Positions 29,182-39,438 of a stretch of DNA of 64,000 bases are shown piece by piece. The number at the start of each line of letters is the position of its first letter. The first letter of the stretch is position 1. The notes below the pieces were generated by a model, which had not been told where the DNA came from, did not search any database, and saw only the letters and a list, made by a program, of their open reading frames with translations. Where the stretch lies: assembly GCA_964595645.1 (NCBI GenBank), contig CAZQQT010000010.1, forward strand, positions 1 through 64,000, in the 5' to 3' direction. Origin of the DNA: an uncultured Thermococci archaeon (GTDB lineage: Archaea; Methanobacteriota_B; Thermococci; Methanofastidiosales; B48-G16). Made by a program: the position numbers and the translations under genes.

Positions 29182-30951
29182 ATGTTCCACGAACTCATGA
29201 AACGTGTGGAGAAGGAACTCTCCGGAAAACATGCGAAGCGGTATGCGTCGGAGATCATGCGATTCCATCGAATTCAGGTTACAGAAGGGTACAACAGAGC
29301 TGCTGATCGCTGCAAAGAAATTTTTGAAGACAACGGGATTAAAACAGAGTTATACGAGTATCACTCCAATGGCGATAGAAAGCATCTGGGAATTACCACT
29401 CCTGAAGGCTGGAGTATTCAGAAGGGTGTACTCACGATAGACGGAGATGAGTATGCTAACTTTGAGAAAGAACCCCTCTCCATTATCCAGCGAAGTATTG
29501 CCTTTGAGGGGGATGTCGACTTGATTTATGCAGAGAAAGAGGAGGATTATGAGGAAGGAAGTCTTGTATTTACTCACGATTTTAAGAAGGGAAGAGGTTA
29601 CGCACAGCACCACAACTGTGTAGGGATCGTGACCGATGAGCATAGAAGTAAGTTTGAGATACCGGACTCGCTTTCGTACCACTCCTTCTGGGGTGAGGAC
29701 CTGTGCGGGTTTGTAGTCTCTCCACGTGTAGGAGAGAAGCTCGAGAAGGAGTTACAAAAAGGGAAAAAGAACGCGCATGTGGAGATAGATGCATCACTCT
29801 TTCCGTCAAAGATGAAAATTGTCTCTGCACGAATAGAAGGAGAAACGGACGAGGAGCTGCTTCTTATTGCACATCTCTGCCATCCTACACCCGGTGGCAA
29901 CGATAATGCCTCCGGTGTTGGGCTCGCCCTCGAACTGGCGAGGGTATTAAACAAATTCGAGAAACCGAAGAGAGGGATACGGATCCTTCTCGTTCCTGAA
30001 CTGCACGGGACTGCCGCATTCATTTCAGAGAATAGAGAGTTTCTCTGCGGGCTGAACCTTGATATGGTGGGACAAAACCAATTTCTTTGCAAGTCCCCTC
30101 TACTAATAGAAAAAACGCCCGATGCCACTCCATTTTTCGGAAACTATCTTTTAGAGGCAATACTGGAGGAAATAAAGAAAGAAACGTCAAATTTCAGTAA
30201 TACCGCATCGTATCCCTTGTTCATGTCCTCGATTACTCCCTTTTCCGGGGGGAGTGATCACTGGATACTCTCCGATCCTACTATTGGTATCCCTACTCCG
30301 ATGCTCATCCACTGGCCCGATACGTTCTACCATACCTCTGCCGACACGATAGATAAAATGGACGAGAAGGAGCTTCACCGTGTGGGCGTGCTCGCTGCCA
30401 CGTACCTCTATTTCATTGCAGACATGGGGTCGGAGGAAGCACAGTGGACAGCACGGCTGATGACTCAGAAAGCGAAGGAGCGAGTTGTGAACGCCATGCT
30501 CGACTCAAAAGATGTCGCGTACATTGCAGAGGTAGAAAAAAAGACTGTTGATAGTATTTACGAGCTAGAAGAAATATATCTTAAGGATCTTAAAAAAGAG
30601 ATAGATGATCTGGCTGCATCTGAAAAGAAAAGATATAAAATGGAGGGAATAGAGCCGCCAGAAATGAATTTTATTCCAAAGAGGAAGTTCCCAGGCCCCA
30701 TTTCTCTTAGTAAAGTGTTGCATGAAGTTTCTTTCGAAGAGAAGAAGGAATACTATGAAAAAATGGAAAAATATGAGGACTACAAAGGGATTACCTCTTT
30801 AGCATTGTTCTGGGTGGATGGAGAACGAGACCTCGCTGAGATAGCAAGGAGGGTATATAATGAGGTCGGGAAGGTGAACACTGGTTTTCTCCTCTGGTAC
30901 TTCGAGTTTCTGGAGAACCACGATCTCATTGAGATAAAGGAGGAAGTCTAG
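29182..30951 (+). CDS. M28-like aminopeptidase (DUF4910-type)
   Basis: AHLCHP..GNDNASG, PE, NLDMVG, GGSDH, YHTSADT. Confidence 0.85.
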   Translation: MFHELMKRVEKELSGKHAKRYASEIMRFHRIQVTEGYNRAADRCKEIFEDNGIKTELYEYHSNGDRKHLGITTPEGWSIQKGVLTIDGDEYANFEKEPLSIIQRSIAFEGDVDLIYAEKEEDYEEGSLVFTHDFKKGRGYAQHHNCVGIVTDEHRSKFEIPDSLSYHSFWGEDLCGFVVSPRVGEKLEKELQKGKKNAHVEIDASLFPSKMKIVSARIEGETDEELLLIAHLCHPTPGGNDNASGVGLALELARVLNKFEKPKRGIRILLVPELHGTAAFISENREFLCGLNLDMVGQNQFLCKSPLLIEKTPDATPFFGNYLLEAILEEIKKETSNFSNTASYPLFMSSITPFSGGSDHWILSDPTIGIPTPMLIHWPDTFYHTSADTIDKMDEKELHRVGVLAATYLYFIADMGSEEAQWTARLMTQKAKERVVNAMLDSKDVAYIAEVEKKTVDSIYELEEIYLKDLKKEIDDLAASEKKRYKMEGIEPPEMNFIPKRKFPGPISLSKVLHEVSFEEKKEYYEKMEKYEDYKGITSLALFWVDGERDLAEIARRVYNEVGKVNTGFLLWYFEFLENHDLIEIKEEV

Positions 30952-31448
30952 TATATCGAGACCTGCTGTACACCCTCAACCTCTAGAAAATCATCAAGAA
31001 GCTCTCCAGGCACCTTTTTTTCCGTAATAATCGTGAGTTTTGGCTCTGGATAGAGCGTGGGATCGTCGGCAACTATCTGCCGAATACTAATCTGTTCCTT
31101 CGCTACCATGCTCGAGATCTTTGCGACAATTCCTACAGTAGAGGAATCGGCGCGGATCTCCACAACGCCAAAATGCATCCTCTTTGCGACCCCTTCGTAG
31201 AAGGCTACAGACTGGAGGTTGGTGAATACTGTTGAAAGTTCTTCGTTTTTCAGTATCGTCTTTACTGTTTCCTTTACTACTCTCCTGTCGACATCGAGTA
31301 CTTTGGCTATACTCGTATACGGTATCTCAATATCATTGCAGTAGATACGGTTGTCCTCTTTGATGCACAACCCATACTTGAGAAAGAGTGCAGCTATCTC
31401 TTTCCGTACAGGGAACTTTTCAAAATAACGCTCAACTTTGTTCCACAT
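30948..31448 (-). CDS. trpY: TrpY-family (COG2150) HTH-ACT regulator
   Basis: MW..V...F..FP.R, IYC.DIEI, VDRRVV, ISIRQ..A.DP, LTIITE, GV..VSIY match Methanothermobacter TrpY as I recall it. Divergent from trpB2, with TGTACA boxes between the two genes. Confidence 0.85.
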   Translation of the reverse strand: MWNKVERYFEKFPVRKEIAALFLKYGLCIKEDNRIYCNDIEIPYTSIAKVLDVDRRVVKETVKTILKNEELSTVFTNLQSVAFYEGVAKRMHFGVVEIRADSSTVGIVAKISSMVAKEQISIRQIVADDPTLYPEPKLTIITEKKVPGELLDDFLEVEGVQQVSIY

Positions 31449-31493
31449 AGTACTCTTACGATCATTTTTCTATTTAATATTTTCCCAATCTAA

Positions 31494-31539
31494 TGTACAA
31501 TAATGTACCCGAAAGATTTATAAAGGACATTCAAGTACA
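31494..31539. promoter_or_regulatory. TRP-box operator array flanking the trpB2 TATA box
   Basis: TGTACA-N4-TGTACC (31494-31509) and AGGACA-N4-AGTACA (31524-31539) on either side of TTTATAAA. Confidence 0.7.
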
Positions 31540-31547
31540 AGAATGAT

Positions 31548-32900
31548 ATGCAGACGAAAGTACTATTGGACGAAAATGAAATGCCGCAACAATGGTACAA
31601 CATACAAGCGGATTTACCAACGCCCTTAGACCCGCCACTCGATCCAAAGACGAAGGAGCCTATTACACCGGAGGATCTCTCTCCCATCTTTCCCATGGAG
31701 CTGATACGACAGGAGGCGAGCACAGAGAGATGGATTGCGATCCCTGACGAAGTACAGGATATCTATCGATTGTGGAGGCCCTCACCGCTTTATAGAGCTC
31801 ACCGGCTGGAAAAGGCACTGAACACTCCAGCTAAAATTTACTATAAGTGGGAAGGAGTTTCTCCCCCAGGAAGTCATAAGCCAAATACCGCAGTACCACA
31901 GACCTACTACAACATGAAAGAGGGCGTTGAACGACTCTCCACCGAGACAGGCGCAGGTCAGTGGGGGTCGTCATTGGCATTTGCCACGTCTTTTTTTGAC
32001 ATGGACTGCACAGTGTACATGGTGAAGGCAAGCTACGAACAGAAACCGTATAGGCGCGTACTCATGGAATCATGGGGGGCCGAGTGTTTCTCTAGCCCCA
32101 CGGACAAGACAAAGGCAGGAAAAAAGGTGAGAGAAAGGTTTCCGGACACAACAGGAAGCCTCGGTATTGCTATCTCTGAAGCAGTAGAAGATGCTGCGGT
32201 CCATGAAAACACGAAGTATTCTTTAGGGTCTGTGCTTAATCATGTACTGCTCCATCAGACGATCATTGGTCTTGAGGCAAAGAAACAGTTTGAAAAGATT
32301 GAAGAGGCTCCTGATTACATTATTGGGTGTGTGGGAGGTGGAAGTAATTTTGGTGGAGCTTCTCTCCCGTTTATAGGGGATAAATTGCAGGGAAATGCCT
32401 CAGAAACAGAAATAATCGCCTGTGAACCCATGGCATGTCCCACGCTCACGAAAGGACTGTACACTTATGACTTTGGCGATACCGCACAGCTGACACCCCT
32501 GCTGAAGATGTATACACTTGGTCATGATTTCGTTCCTGAGCCGATTCATGCCGGAGGGTTACGGTACCATGGAGGCGCTCCACTCCTCTGTAGGTTGGTA
32601 GATGATGGGTATATCCATGCTCGAGCCTATTACCAAAATGATATCTTCGAGGCGGCACATATTTTCGCGGAGTCCGAAGGGTTTGTCGTAGCACCGGAGG
32701 CTGCTCACGCTGTAAAAGCGACAATTGACGAAGCGCGTGAATGTAAAAAGAAAGATGAGGAAAAGGTAATATTCTTCAATAATAGCGGCCACGGACATTT
32801 TGATCTTCAGGGGTACGATATGTACCAGCAAGGAAAGTTAGTTGACTATGAGTACCCTGCGGAACTCATTAAAAAATCGTTGGAGACCGTAGCACTATGA
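31548..32900 (+). CDS. trpB2: TrpB-like PLP enzyme (tryptophan synthase beta 2)
   Basis: [49 protein letters not shown]. Confidence 0.96.
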   Translation: MQTKVLLDENEMPQQWYNIQADLPTPLDPPLDPKTKEPITPEDLSPIFPMELIRQEASTERWIAIPDEVQDIYRLWRPSPLYRAHRLEKALNTPAKIYYKWEGVSPPGSHKPNTAVPQTYYNMKEGVERLSTETGAGQWGSSLAFATSFFDMDCTVYMVKASYEQKPYRRVLMESWGAECFSSPTDKTKAGKKVRERFPDTTGSLGIAISEAVEDAAVHENTKYSLGSVLNHVLLHQTIIGLEAKKQFEKIEEAPDYIIGCVGGGSNFGGASLPFIGDKLQGNASETEIIACEPMACPTLTKGLYTYDFGDTAQLTPLLKMYTLGHDFVPEPIHAGGLRYHGGAPLLCRLVDDGYIHARAYYQNDIFEAAHIFAESEGFVVAPEAAHAVKATIDEARECKKKDEEKVIFFNNSGHGHFDLQGYDMYQQGKLVDYEYPAELIKKSLETVAL

Positions 32901-34006
32901 AGAAACTTGGGTTTCTCGTGAATCCTATCGCTGGAATGGGAGGAAGTGTAGGATTGAAAGGTACTGATGGAGTGGTAAAGGAGGCGATAGAGCGAGGTGC
33001 ATATCCTGTGGCATCACACCGAGCGAAAATAGCACTCGAAAAGCTGAACGGAGAAAAAAAGGATCTCACTTTTCTCACACCATCAGGTGCAATGGGAGGG
33101 GATGTGTTGAGGCGGGTGGGGATTCCTCATATGACGGTGTGTCATCCCCAGGAGACGACAACATCTCGCGATACTCAAAAAACGTGCGAGAGATTTCTCG
33201 CGGAGGATGTCGATCTCATTCTTTTTTGCGGCGGAGACGGCACGGCACGGGATGTTTATACAACGGTTGGAGATACGCTTCCTGTACTAGGAATCCCTGC
33301 TGGGGTCAAGATGTTCTCTGGAGTATTTTCAGTAACGCCTTATACACTCTCACCATTACTCATTCATTTTATCAACGGGAGGACTCACCTACGAGAGGCA
33401 TCGATCTTGGATATCAATGAGGAGATGTACAGACACAACATCTTTGACACACAACTCTTTGGATACGCTCATACCATTTACGTGCCGGGTCTCGTCCAAC
33501 AGAAAAAATCTACATTTCATAGTGAAACAGAGAAAGAGTCCAAAAGAAACATCGCCTTATTCATGAGGGAGCTCATGAGAGACGGTGCACTCTACATCCT
33601 TGGGGCTGGTACAACTACAAAGAATATCACGGATCATATGGGTATAGACAAGACACTTCTCGGTGTGGATCTTGTAAAAAATGAAAAAATAGTGAAAAAA
33701 GACGTTTGTGAGGAAGATATTCTTAACTGTATTAAGGGGGAGGATGAGGTGAGGATTGTAGTGAGCCCCATTGGTGCCCAGGGATTTATATTTGGCAGAG
33801 GAACGCAACAGATCAGTGCAGATGTGATAAAAAAAGTAGGAACGGAGAATATCATCGTCATTGCAACACCGTACAAACTCCACCAGACTCCCTCTCTCTT
33901 AGTTGATACTGGTGACGAGAAACTGGATAAAGAACTTGCTGGGGAAAGAAGAGTGGTCTGCGGGTATAGACAGGCACAGAGAAAGAAGGTCTTATATATT
34001 GGTTAA
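32897..34006 (+). CDS. ATP-NAD kinase family protein
   Basis: [31 protein letters not shown]-like [10 protein letters not shown]. Confidence 0.88.
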   Translation: MKKLGFLVNPIAGMGGSVGLKGTDGVVKEAIERGAYPVASHRAKIALEKLNGEKKDLTFLTPSGAMGGDVLRRVGIPHMTVCHPQETTTSRDTQKTCERFLAEDVDLILFCGGDGTARDVYTTVGDTLPVLGIPAGVKMFSGVFSVTPYTLSPLLIHFINGRTHLREASILDINEEMYRHNIFDTQLFGYAHTIYVPGLVQQKKSTFHSETEKESKRNIALFMRELMRDGALYILGAGTTTKNITDHMGIDKTLLGVDLVKNEKIVKKDVCEEDILNCIKGEDEVRIVVSPIGAQGFIFGRGTQQISADVIKKVGTENIIVIATPYKLHQTPSLLVDTGDEKLDKELAGERRVVCGYRQAQRKKVLYIG

Positions 34007-34233
34007 TCTCCCTCCATCTCTTTTTCTAGCCTTTCTATCTTTTCTTCAAAAGTTTCAGTGTCTTCAACGTCTTCATCTTCACATTCGCCGTTTTTCTTCA
34101 TTTTCTTGAGCATCTCATCGGGAAATTCTACAATCGCGGTACCTTCCCATCCACAATCTTTACACACCCATAGACTTGTTTGAGGGAGTTTGATTGTGAT
34201 GTTGGTACTCCCACATGCTGGACACGCCCTCAT
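34003..34233 (-). CDS. Small zinc-ribbon protein with acidic tail
   Basis: CPACGS...CKDCGW; follows pyrE directly. Confidence 0.75.
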   Translation of the reverse strand: MRACPACGSTNITIKLPQTSLWVCKDCGWEGTAIVEFPDEMLKKMKKNGECEDEDVEDTETFEEKIERLEKEMEGD

Positions 34234-34935
34234 CTATATCCTCTCTTTCACACTGTTAACACCGTATTTTTTGAGATACCTGTAAATCCTTTGCTCATCT
34301 TCTTCTTTCATCCTTTTTATTTTTCTGAGGTGTGTGGTGATCTCAACGATGTCCACAATCGACTCTACTGGTATTCCTGTTTTTTCTTCAAACTCCCCTA
34401 TCGCGTTCTTTCCGTTTCCATCGCTTTCCTTTCTGTCCACCGCAATCACAAGACCAATATACTGAAGATCATCGGCGAGGGAGTTCAACAGTTCGATGGA
34501 GTCGTATTTTGTGGCTCCCGTGGTGAACACATCGTCCAGTATGAGTATCCTGTTACCATCTTCGATTCTGTGCCCGACGATCCAGTTCTTTTGTTTTTCA
34601 CGTTTTTTGGCCTCTCCGTGTCCCTTCGCCTCTTTTCTATCAAAACAATACCATTTTTTTACACCGAAATCTCGGTGCAGTGAGATTGCAGTGGACACAG
34701 AGAGAGGAATCCCCTTATACGCAGGTCCAAAGAGAATATCGAAGTTTTCTTTAAAGGTATCCATTATTTTTGCAGCGTAAAAGTATCCAAGTCTTTCTAT
34801 GCTCTTTCCATCGCCAAATACACCGGTATTGATAAAATATGGAGATACTCTTCCACTTTTAAGTGTGAACTCTCCCAGTGTCAGCGCTCCTTTATCTAAC
34901 AGAAACTCAATAAATTCTCGCTTATATTTTTCCAT
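34234..34935 (-). CDS. pyrE: Orotate phosphoribosyltransferase
   Basis: FTLKSGRVSPYF, FGPAYKGIP, DRKEAKGHGE, ILDDVFTTG. Confidence 0.96.
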   Translation of the reverse strand: MEKYKREFIEFLLDKGALTLGEFTLKSGRVSPYFINTGVFGDGKSIERLGYFYAAKIMDTFKENFDILFGPAYKGIPLSVSTAISLHRDFGVKKWYCFDRKEAKGHGEAKKREKQKNWIVGHRIEDGNRILILDDVFTTGATKYDSIELLNSLADDLQYIGLVIAVDRKESDGNGKNAIGEFEEKTGIPVESIVDIVEITTHLRKIKRMKEEDEQRIYRYLKKYGVNSVKERI

Positions 34936-35014
34936 AAATATCTCCCTTTATACAGTAGAGAATTATTATATACATTTCGGTTTTATCTTTCTGATTTTTC
35001 CATGCCTATACAGG

Positions 35015-35785
35015 TTAGAGTATTACCAGACTCACTGCCATAACACTCATTCCCACTATTATCCCCCCAATAACAATGTGGTTACGGCCGTATCGGTGGG
35101 CAGTGGGAAGAATCTCATCCAGAGAGATATATACCATGACGCCCGCAATGAACGCCAAGAGCGATGCAAGAAGAGTATCTGATAAAAATGGCATCAAGAT
35201 GAGATACCCTATAATAGCGCCCACGGGCTCCGCAGTACCAGACAAAAAGGAGTAGATAAATGCTTTGGTCCTGTCTCCCGTAGCATAAAATATGGGCATA
35301 GAGACCGAAATCCCTTCAGGGATGTTGTGAATTGCGACTGCCAGAGCGATAATCACCCCCAGTCTGAGATCACTGAGAGCAGCTCCAAAGGCTGCCAATC
35401 CCTCTGGGAAATTATGAATACCAATTGCCAATGCAGTGAATAATCCAGTTCTTTCAAGATTTTCGTCTTCCATAGGACGTGGGATTCTCTCATAATGGTG
35501 TGGATTCTCCTCTTCAGGCATGATCAGGTCAATAAGGCCGGTAACACCAACTCCAACAAAAAAAGCAGTAACTCCCCCTACCTCTCCCACAGCGTCCCGT
35601 GCTGTGGGGAGCAGTTCCACAAATGAGATATAGATCATAACACCTGCAGAGAAGCCCAGCGAGAAGGAAAGATAGGATATTTTAGGTCTTTTGATGAGGT
35701 AGGCGATAGCACTTCCAATTCCTGTAGAGAGTCCCGCTATCACTGTTAGAGCCAATGCCAATTCGATATTTTCCGATGTGTACAT
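35015..35785 (-). CDS. zupT: ZIP-family zinc transporter
   Basis: AGVMIYISF.E, HNFPEG, HNIPEG, SGTAEP. Confidence 0.93.
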   Translation of the reverse strand: MYTSENIELALALTVIAGLSTGIGSAIAYLIKRPKISYLSFSLGFSAGVMIYISFVELLPTARDAVGEVGGVTAFFVGVGVTGLIDLIMPEEENPHHYERIPRPMEDENLERTGLFTALAIGIHNFPEGLAAFGAALSDLRLGVIIALAVAIHNIPEGISVSMPIFYATGDRTKAFIYSFLSGTAEPVGAIIGYLILMPFLSDTLLASLLAFIAGVMVYISLDEILPTAHRYGRNHIVIGGIIVGMSVMAVSLVIL

Positions 35786-35822
35786 ATTTATTATCGCCCC
35801 TCATGAGAGCAACACTTGTATG

Positions 35823-35837
35823 ATGAGTTTTTCTCAT
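35823..35837. promoter_or_regulatory. Palindrome upstream of zupT (possible metalloregulator site)
   Basis: ATGAG-TTTTT-CTCAT. Confidence 0.35.
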
Positions 35838-35892
35838 TTTTCTCGGATTATCAAGACCTTTATGTGTCTTTTACAAGAAAAAAGAGTCTTAT

Positions 35893-36330
35893 CTATCCTC
35901 CATTCTCCTTACAGTATTCCTGAAACTGTTGAAGCCACTGTTGCGCTGCAGGTCTATCTTCCACAAACTTCACAAATTTTGAGAATTGTTCAATTGTTCG
36001 TGGGGTTAAGTGATGCTCCATAATGCAGGCATCCTTCGAGGCAATCTCCTTTGGAATTAAAATAATCTCTAAAAATTTTTCAAATGTCTCATGCCGATTT
36101 TTGACACTTTTTGCTATTTTTTCTCCTTCTTTAGTAAGCGTAATACCACTATATTTTTTATAGAAAATGAGACCCTGATCCTTCAGCCTTCCCATCATCT
36201 CGGTAACACTGGGGGGACTGATCTTGAGAGCGGTAGCGATATCTTTTACTTGTGCATACCCCTTCTCCTCTACGATATTGTATATTGCCTCAAGATAATC
36301 TTCATGGTGTCTACTCAATTCTTTAGGCAT
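35893..36330 (-). CDS. DtxR/MntR family metal-dependent repressor
   Basis: EDYLEAIY, SPPSVTEM, LTKEG, RH, ACIMEH. Confidence 0.94.
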   Translation of the reverse strand: MPKELSRHHEDYLEAIYNIVEEKGYAQVKDIATALKISPPSVTEMMGRLKDQGLIFYKKYSGITLTKEGEKIAKSVKNRHETFEKFLEIILIPKEIASKDACIMEHHLTPRTIEQFSKFVKFVEDRPAAQQWLQQFQEYCKENGG

Positions 36331-36370
36331 ACCTAATAGTTGTAGGAAAACCCTATAAATAGGTTTGCCT
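36323..36370. promoter_or_regulatory. DtxR-type operator array over the regulator's own start codon and promoter
   Basis: TTAGG-CATA-CCTAA (36323-36336), TAGG-AAAAC-CCTA (36343-36355), TAGG-TTTG-CCT (36360-36370). Confidence 0.7.
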
Positions 36371-36398
36371 CTCTATTCTATAGAAAGAAGAAACAGAA

Positions 36399-37325
36399 TT
36401 ATTTTCTCCGTGTATAGAAAACTACCGCACCGATCAGCACTATCAGTGCCAACAAGGCGATTTCCAGTGCGTACGAGTTTTTTTCTGATTTTTCTCCTGT
36501 CCTGTAAGCCTTTACTGCGTTAAATAGCTGCGTCGCATTGTATTCTATCATCTCACTGAAACTCTCCGTTCCCGGCACGGCACCTGGAAAGTTAGTGAGT
36601 ACCACATGACGCGCACCGATCTCCGAAGCCACCTGTGAACCGAGTTTCGTCCCACTCTGGAGATTATCGATTACAAGGACGGCCGTATCCCCCTTCTGAA
36701 TGATCTCATTTACATCCTTCATCGATAACCTTTCCGGAGGGCCGTACGTTGCAACCACGTTAAAACCGAGCCACTCCACAAAGGATTTCTGCCACTGCAT
36801 GCAGATAACATCTGTGTTTTTTACATCCAACGTTTTCGCTTCTTCTTTTATCATATTTTCTGTTTCTCGAAGATTTTTGATTGCACTACTTGCGTTTTCC
36901 TCAAAATATTCAGCGTTTTGTGGGTAGATTTCACTGAGTGCTTTTTTTGTTTCTTTTATCATCTCTATAGCAGCGTTGGGAGTATTCCATTCCCCTTCGA
37001 GGAGCACCTTTTTCACGTTCTCATTCTTTGAGGAGGTAATAAGATCCTCCAGCCACGGCTCAATTCCACCGTAGAGGATCAACGAGGCCTGATTCACAGT
37101 GTATACGTCTGATGGTTTTATATCGAAAAAGGCAGGACAGATACCGGGCTGCACCAAAGAAACTACAGTGATTCTTTCTCCTCCCACTACTTTGACACAT
37201 GTCTCAAGCGTGGTGGTAGTACACACAACGGTAGGATTCTCGTCAGCAATCCCTAGCGGGAGGGAAGAAAGAATTGTAGCAACTATTAGTATATATACAC
37301 TTTTTCTCATAATATCTTTTCTCAT
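36399..37325 (-). CDS. TroA/ZnuA-fold substrate-binding protein with C-terminal membrane anchor
   Basis: Signal peptide, VVCTTTTL...VGGERITV.SLV.PG, YP.NA..F..NA, C-terminal TM helix plus RRK. GGTGA RBS before ATG 37325. Confidence 0.82.
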   Translation of the reverse strand: MRKDIMRKSVYILIVATILSSLPLGIADENPTVVCTTTTLETCVKVVGGERITVVSLVQPGICPAFFDIKPSDVYTVNQASLILYGGIEPWLEDLITSSKNENVKKVLLEGEWNTPNAAIEMIKETKKALSEIYPQNAEYFEENASSAIKNLRETENMIKEEAKTLDVKNTDVICMQWQKSFVEWLGFNVVATYGPPERLSMKDVNEIIQKGDTAVLVIDNLQSGTKLGSQVASEIGARHVVLTNFPGAVPGTESFSEMIEYNATQLFNAVKAYRTGEKSEKNSYALEIALLALIVLIGAVVFYTRRK

Positions 37326-37430
37326 AACATCACCGAGTAACACGATTTTCTATTTAGTGTTACCATTTAAAAATGTTCTGGTGGAACTGTAGTTCCCAAT
37401 TTATTTATTCTCATCCTGCGAGGAAGAAAC

Positions 37431-38087
37431 ATGGAACCTCCTCTTGGACCCATCGATGTCCTGATGAATCTTGTCGTGACAAAGGAAATCGATCCCTGGA
37501 ATATCGATATTGTGGATCTCACAGAGAAGTACCTCCGACGAATCGAAGAAGCAAAAAGTATCGATATGAGGGTTTCGGGAAAGACGGTGCTGGTGGCCAC
37601 TATTCTCATACGGATGCAGTCTGAAACGATGCTCGAAAAAAAGGAAAAAGAAAAAGACTCGGAAATCGAAGAGGATATTGATGTACCCCCTATACTTCCT
37701 CCATTAAGAAGGGAATCAAAGGAAATAACACTTCCTGCGCTTCTTGAAGCACTTTTTGAGACATTAGAAGATTATGAGAGGAAAAAAAAGCGAGCATCAA
37801 CACGATCGGAAACATCAAAAAAATCTAAGAAAGAAATTAAACAGATAATTAGAGTGGACGTATCTAAAAAAGACCTCGAAAAACATATCCAAAAGCTCTA
37901 TAGGCTTATAAAAGAATCTATCCATGGAAAAGAGTATATTCAGTTTGAACGGCTGGTTTTTGATAAGACGCCGCTGGGGAGAGCACGAACTTTTTTATAC
38001 TTATTGTTTTTACAGCAACAGGAGAAGATAGAACTCATTCAGCATGAGTTTTTTGGACCGATATACATAAAACTTATAGGTGGATAG
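37431..38087 (+). CDS. scpA: Segregation and condensation protein A (kleisin)
   Basis: IDPWNIDIVDLTEKYL and FLYLLFL...IELIQ.EFFGPI. Confidence 0.92.
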   Translation: MEPPLGPIDVLMNLVVTKEIDPWNIDIVDLTEKYLRRIEEAKSIDMRVSGKTVLVATILIRMQSETMLEKKEKEKDSEIEEDIDVPPILPPLRRESKEITLPALLEALFETLEDYERKKKRASTRSETSKKSKKEIKQIIRVDVSKKDLEKHIQKLYRLIKESIHGKEYIQFERLVFDKTPLGRARTFLYLLFLQQQEKIELIQHEFFGPIYIKLIGG

Positions 38088-38597
38088 ATGAAAAAAAAGG
38101 TGGAGGCAGTACTTTTTCTCTATGGCGATCCACTCTCTGTGAAAAAAATCGCGTTAATACTTGACACAAGCAGATCAAAGACCGAAAGATGTCTCAATAT
38201 TCTTTCAAACGAGTATTCTGAGAGAGATACAGCTATTGAGATAATAAATACTGTAGAAGACGAGTATGTCATGCAACTAAAACCGGCTTACTCCCATCTC
38301 ATAAAACATCTTCCCAGTAAGACGTCAAAGGCATTACTGAAGACACTCTCACTCATCGCATTGAAACAACCGATAAAACAGGCCGATGTTGCAAAGATAC
38401 GGGGGAATCACGCATACAGACATATAAAAAAGCTTGAAGAGGAAGGATTAATAGAAAAAAAGCCTGCGGGAAGAACGTATGTACTGACAACAACAAAGGA
38501 ATTTGCGGAATATTACGGACTGAAGGACGATTCTGCCAGAGAAATTAAGAAATTCATAAAAGAAAAAATAGAATCTTCCGATGATATGGTCTTTTAG
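38088..38597 (+). CDS. scpB: Segregation and condensation protein B
   Basis: VEAVLF, LKTLSLIALKQPI, IRG, TTKEFAEYYG. Confidence 0.92.
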   Translation: MKKKVEAVLFLYGDPLSVKKIALILDTSRSKTERCLNILSNEYSERDTAIEIINTVEDEYVMQLKPAYSHLIKHLPSKTSKALLKTLSLIALKQPIKQADVAKIRGNHAYRHIKKLEEEGLIEKKPAGRTYVLTTTKEFAEYYGLKDDSAREIKKFIKEKIESSDDMVF

Positions 38598-38702
38598 TAA
38601 TATAAACAATCTGTTTTATGAATAGTCCACGATTACCAATAAAAGCGTATGAAAGCGCTGCTGGGGACAAAGATATTTATACGGCCCGGATGAAAACGTA
38701 CC

Positions 38703-39431
38703 ATGGAAACATTTATCACTGAGAAAGAAACTCCAGAATTAGAAAATTCGGTGCTGATAGAGGGACTACCGGGGGTAGGACTTGTTGGAAAAGTAGCTGT
38801 AGATTATATGATTTCGAAGCTTGAATCGAAAAAATTCGCCGAGCTTTATTCCCCATATCTTCCTCATCAAGCCATGATAAAAGAGAATTCAGAGGCAGAG
38901 CTTATAAAAAATGAACTTTACTATTCCAAAGGGAAGAGAGATATTATATTTCTTGCGGGAGATGCTCAGGCAGTGGATACCTTCGGACATTACGAGATAA
39001 CTTCTAAGATTTTAGAGTATGTAGAAAAATACGATACTCGAGACGTATTCACACTTGGCGGGTTTGCCACAAAAAAGAAGAAAGAGAGAGTCTTTGGAGC
39101 AGTAACAGATGAGAAGATGAAGAAGGAGTATGAGGGCCTCGATATCACTTTCATGAACAAAGGGAGCATCGTCGGTGCCGCTGGACTTCTCCTCGGCATC
39201 GGTAAACTGAAAGGTCTTCACGGAACATGTCTTCTTGGTGAGTGTTCAGGACGGCTCGTGGATCCCAAGGCTGCCAAGGCTGTGCTGGAGATTGTCACAA
39301 AAATTCTCGACATTGAGATACGCTTTGAAGAGCTCGATCAGCGCATCCAAAAAACGGAAGAGTTCATCGAGAATATAAAGTTCCTCGAAGGGAGAGAGAA
39401 AGAGGACATAGAAGAAGGATATATAGGATGA
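38703..39431 (+). CDS. Proteasome assembly chaperone (PAC2) family protein
   Basis: LIEGLPGVGLVGK, TLGG, IVGAAGLL, DPKAA, C-terminal YIG. Confidence 0.92.
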   Translation: METFITEKETPELENSVLIEGLPGVGLVGKVAVDYMISKLESKKFAELYSPYLPHQAMIKENSEAELIKNELYYSKGKRDIIFLAGDAQAVDTFGHYEITSKILEYVEKYDTRDVFTLGGFATKKKKERVFGAVTDEKMKKEYEGLDITFMNKGSIVGAAGLLLGIGKLKGLHGTCLLGECSGRLVDPKAAKAVLEIVTKILDIEIRFEELDQRIQKTEEFIENIKFLEGREKEDIEEGYIG

Positions 39432-39438
39432 TCCAGCT

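Noticed and set aside
37383-37396. Palindrome GGAACT-GT-AGTTCC between the binding-protein gene and scpA
   Set aside because: Single short instance with no match to the DtxR box or to an ORB consensus.
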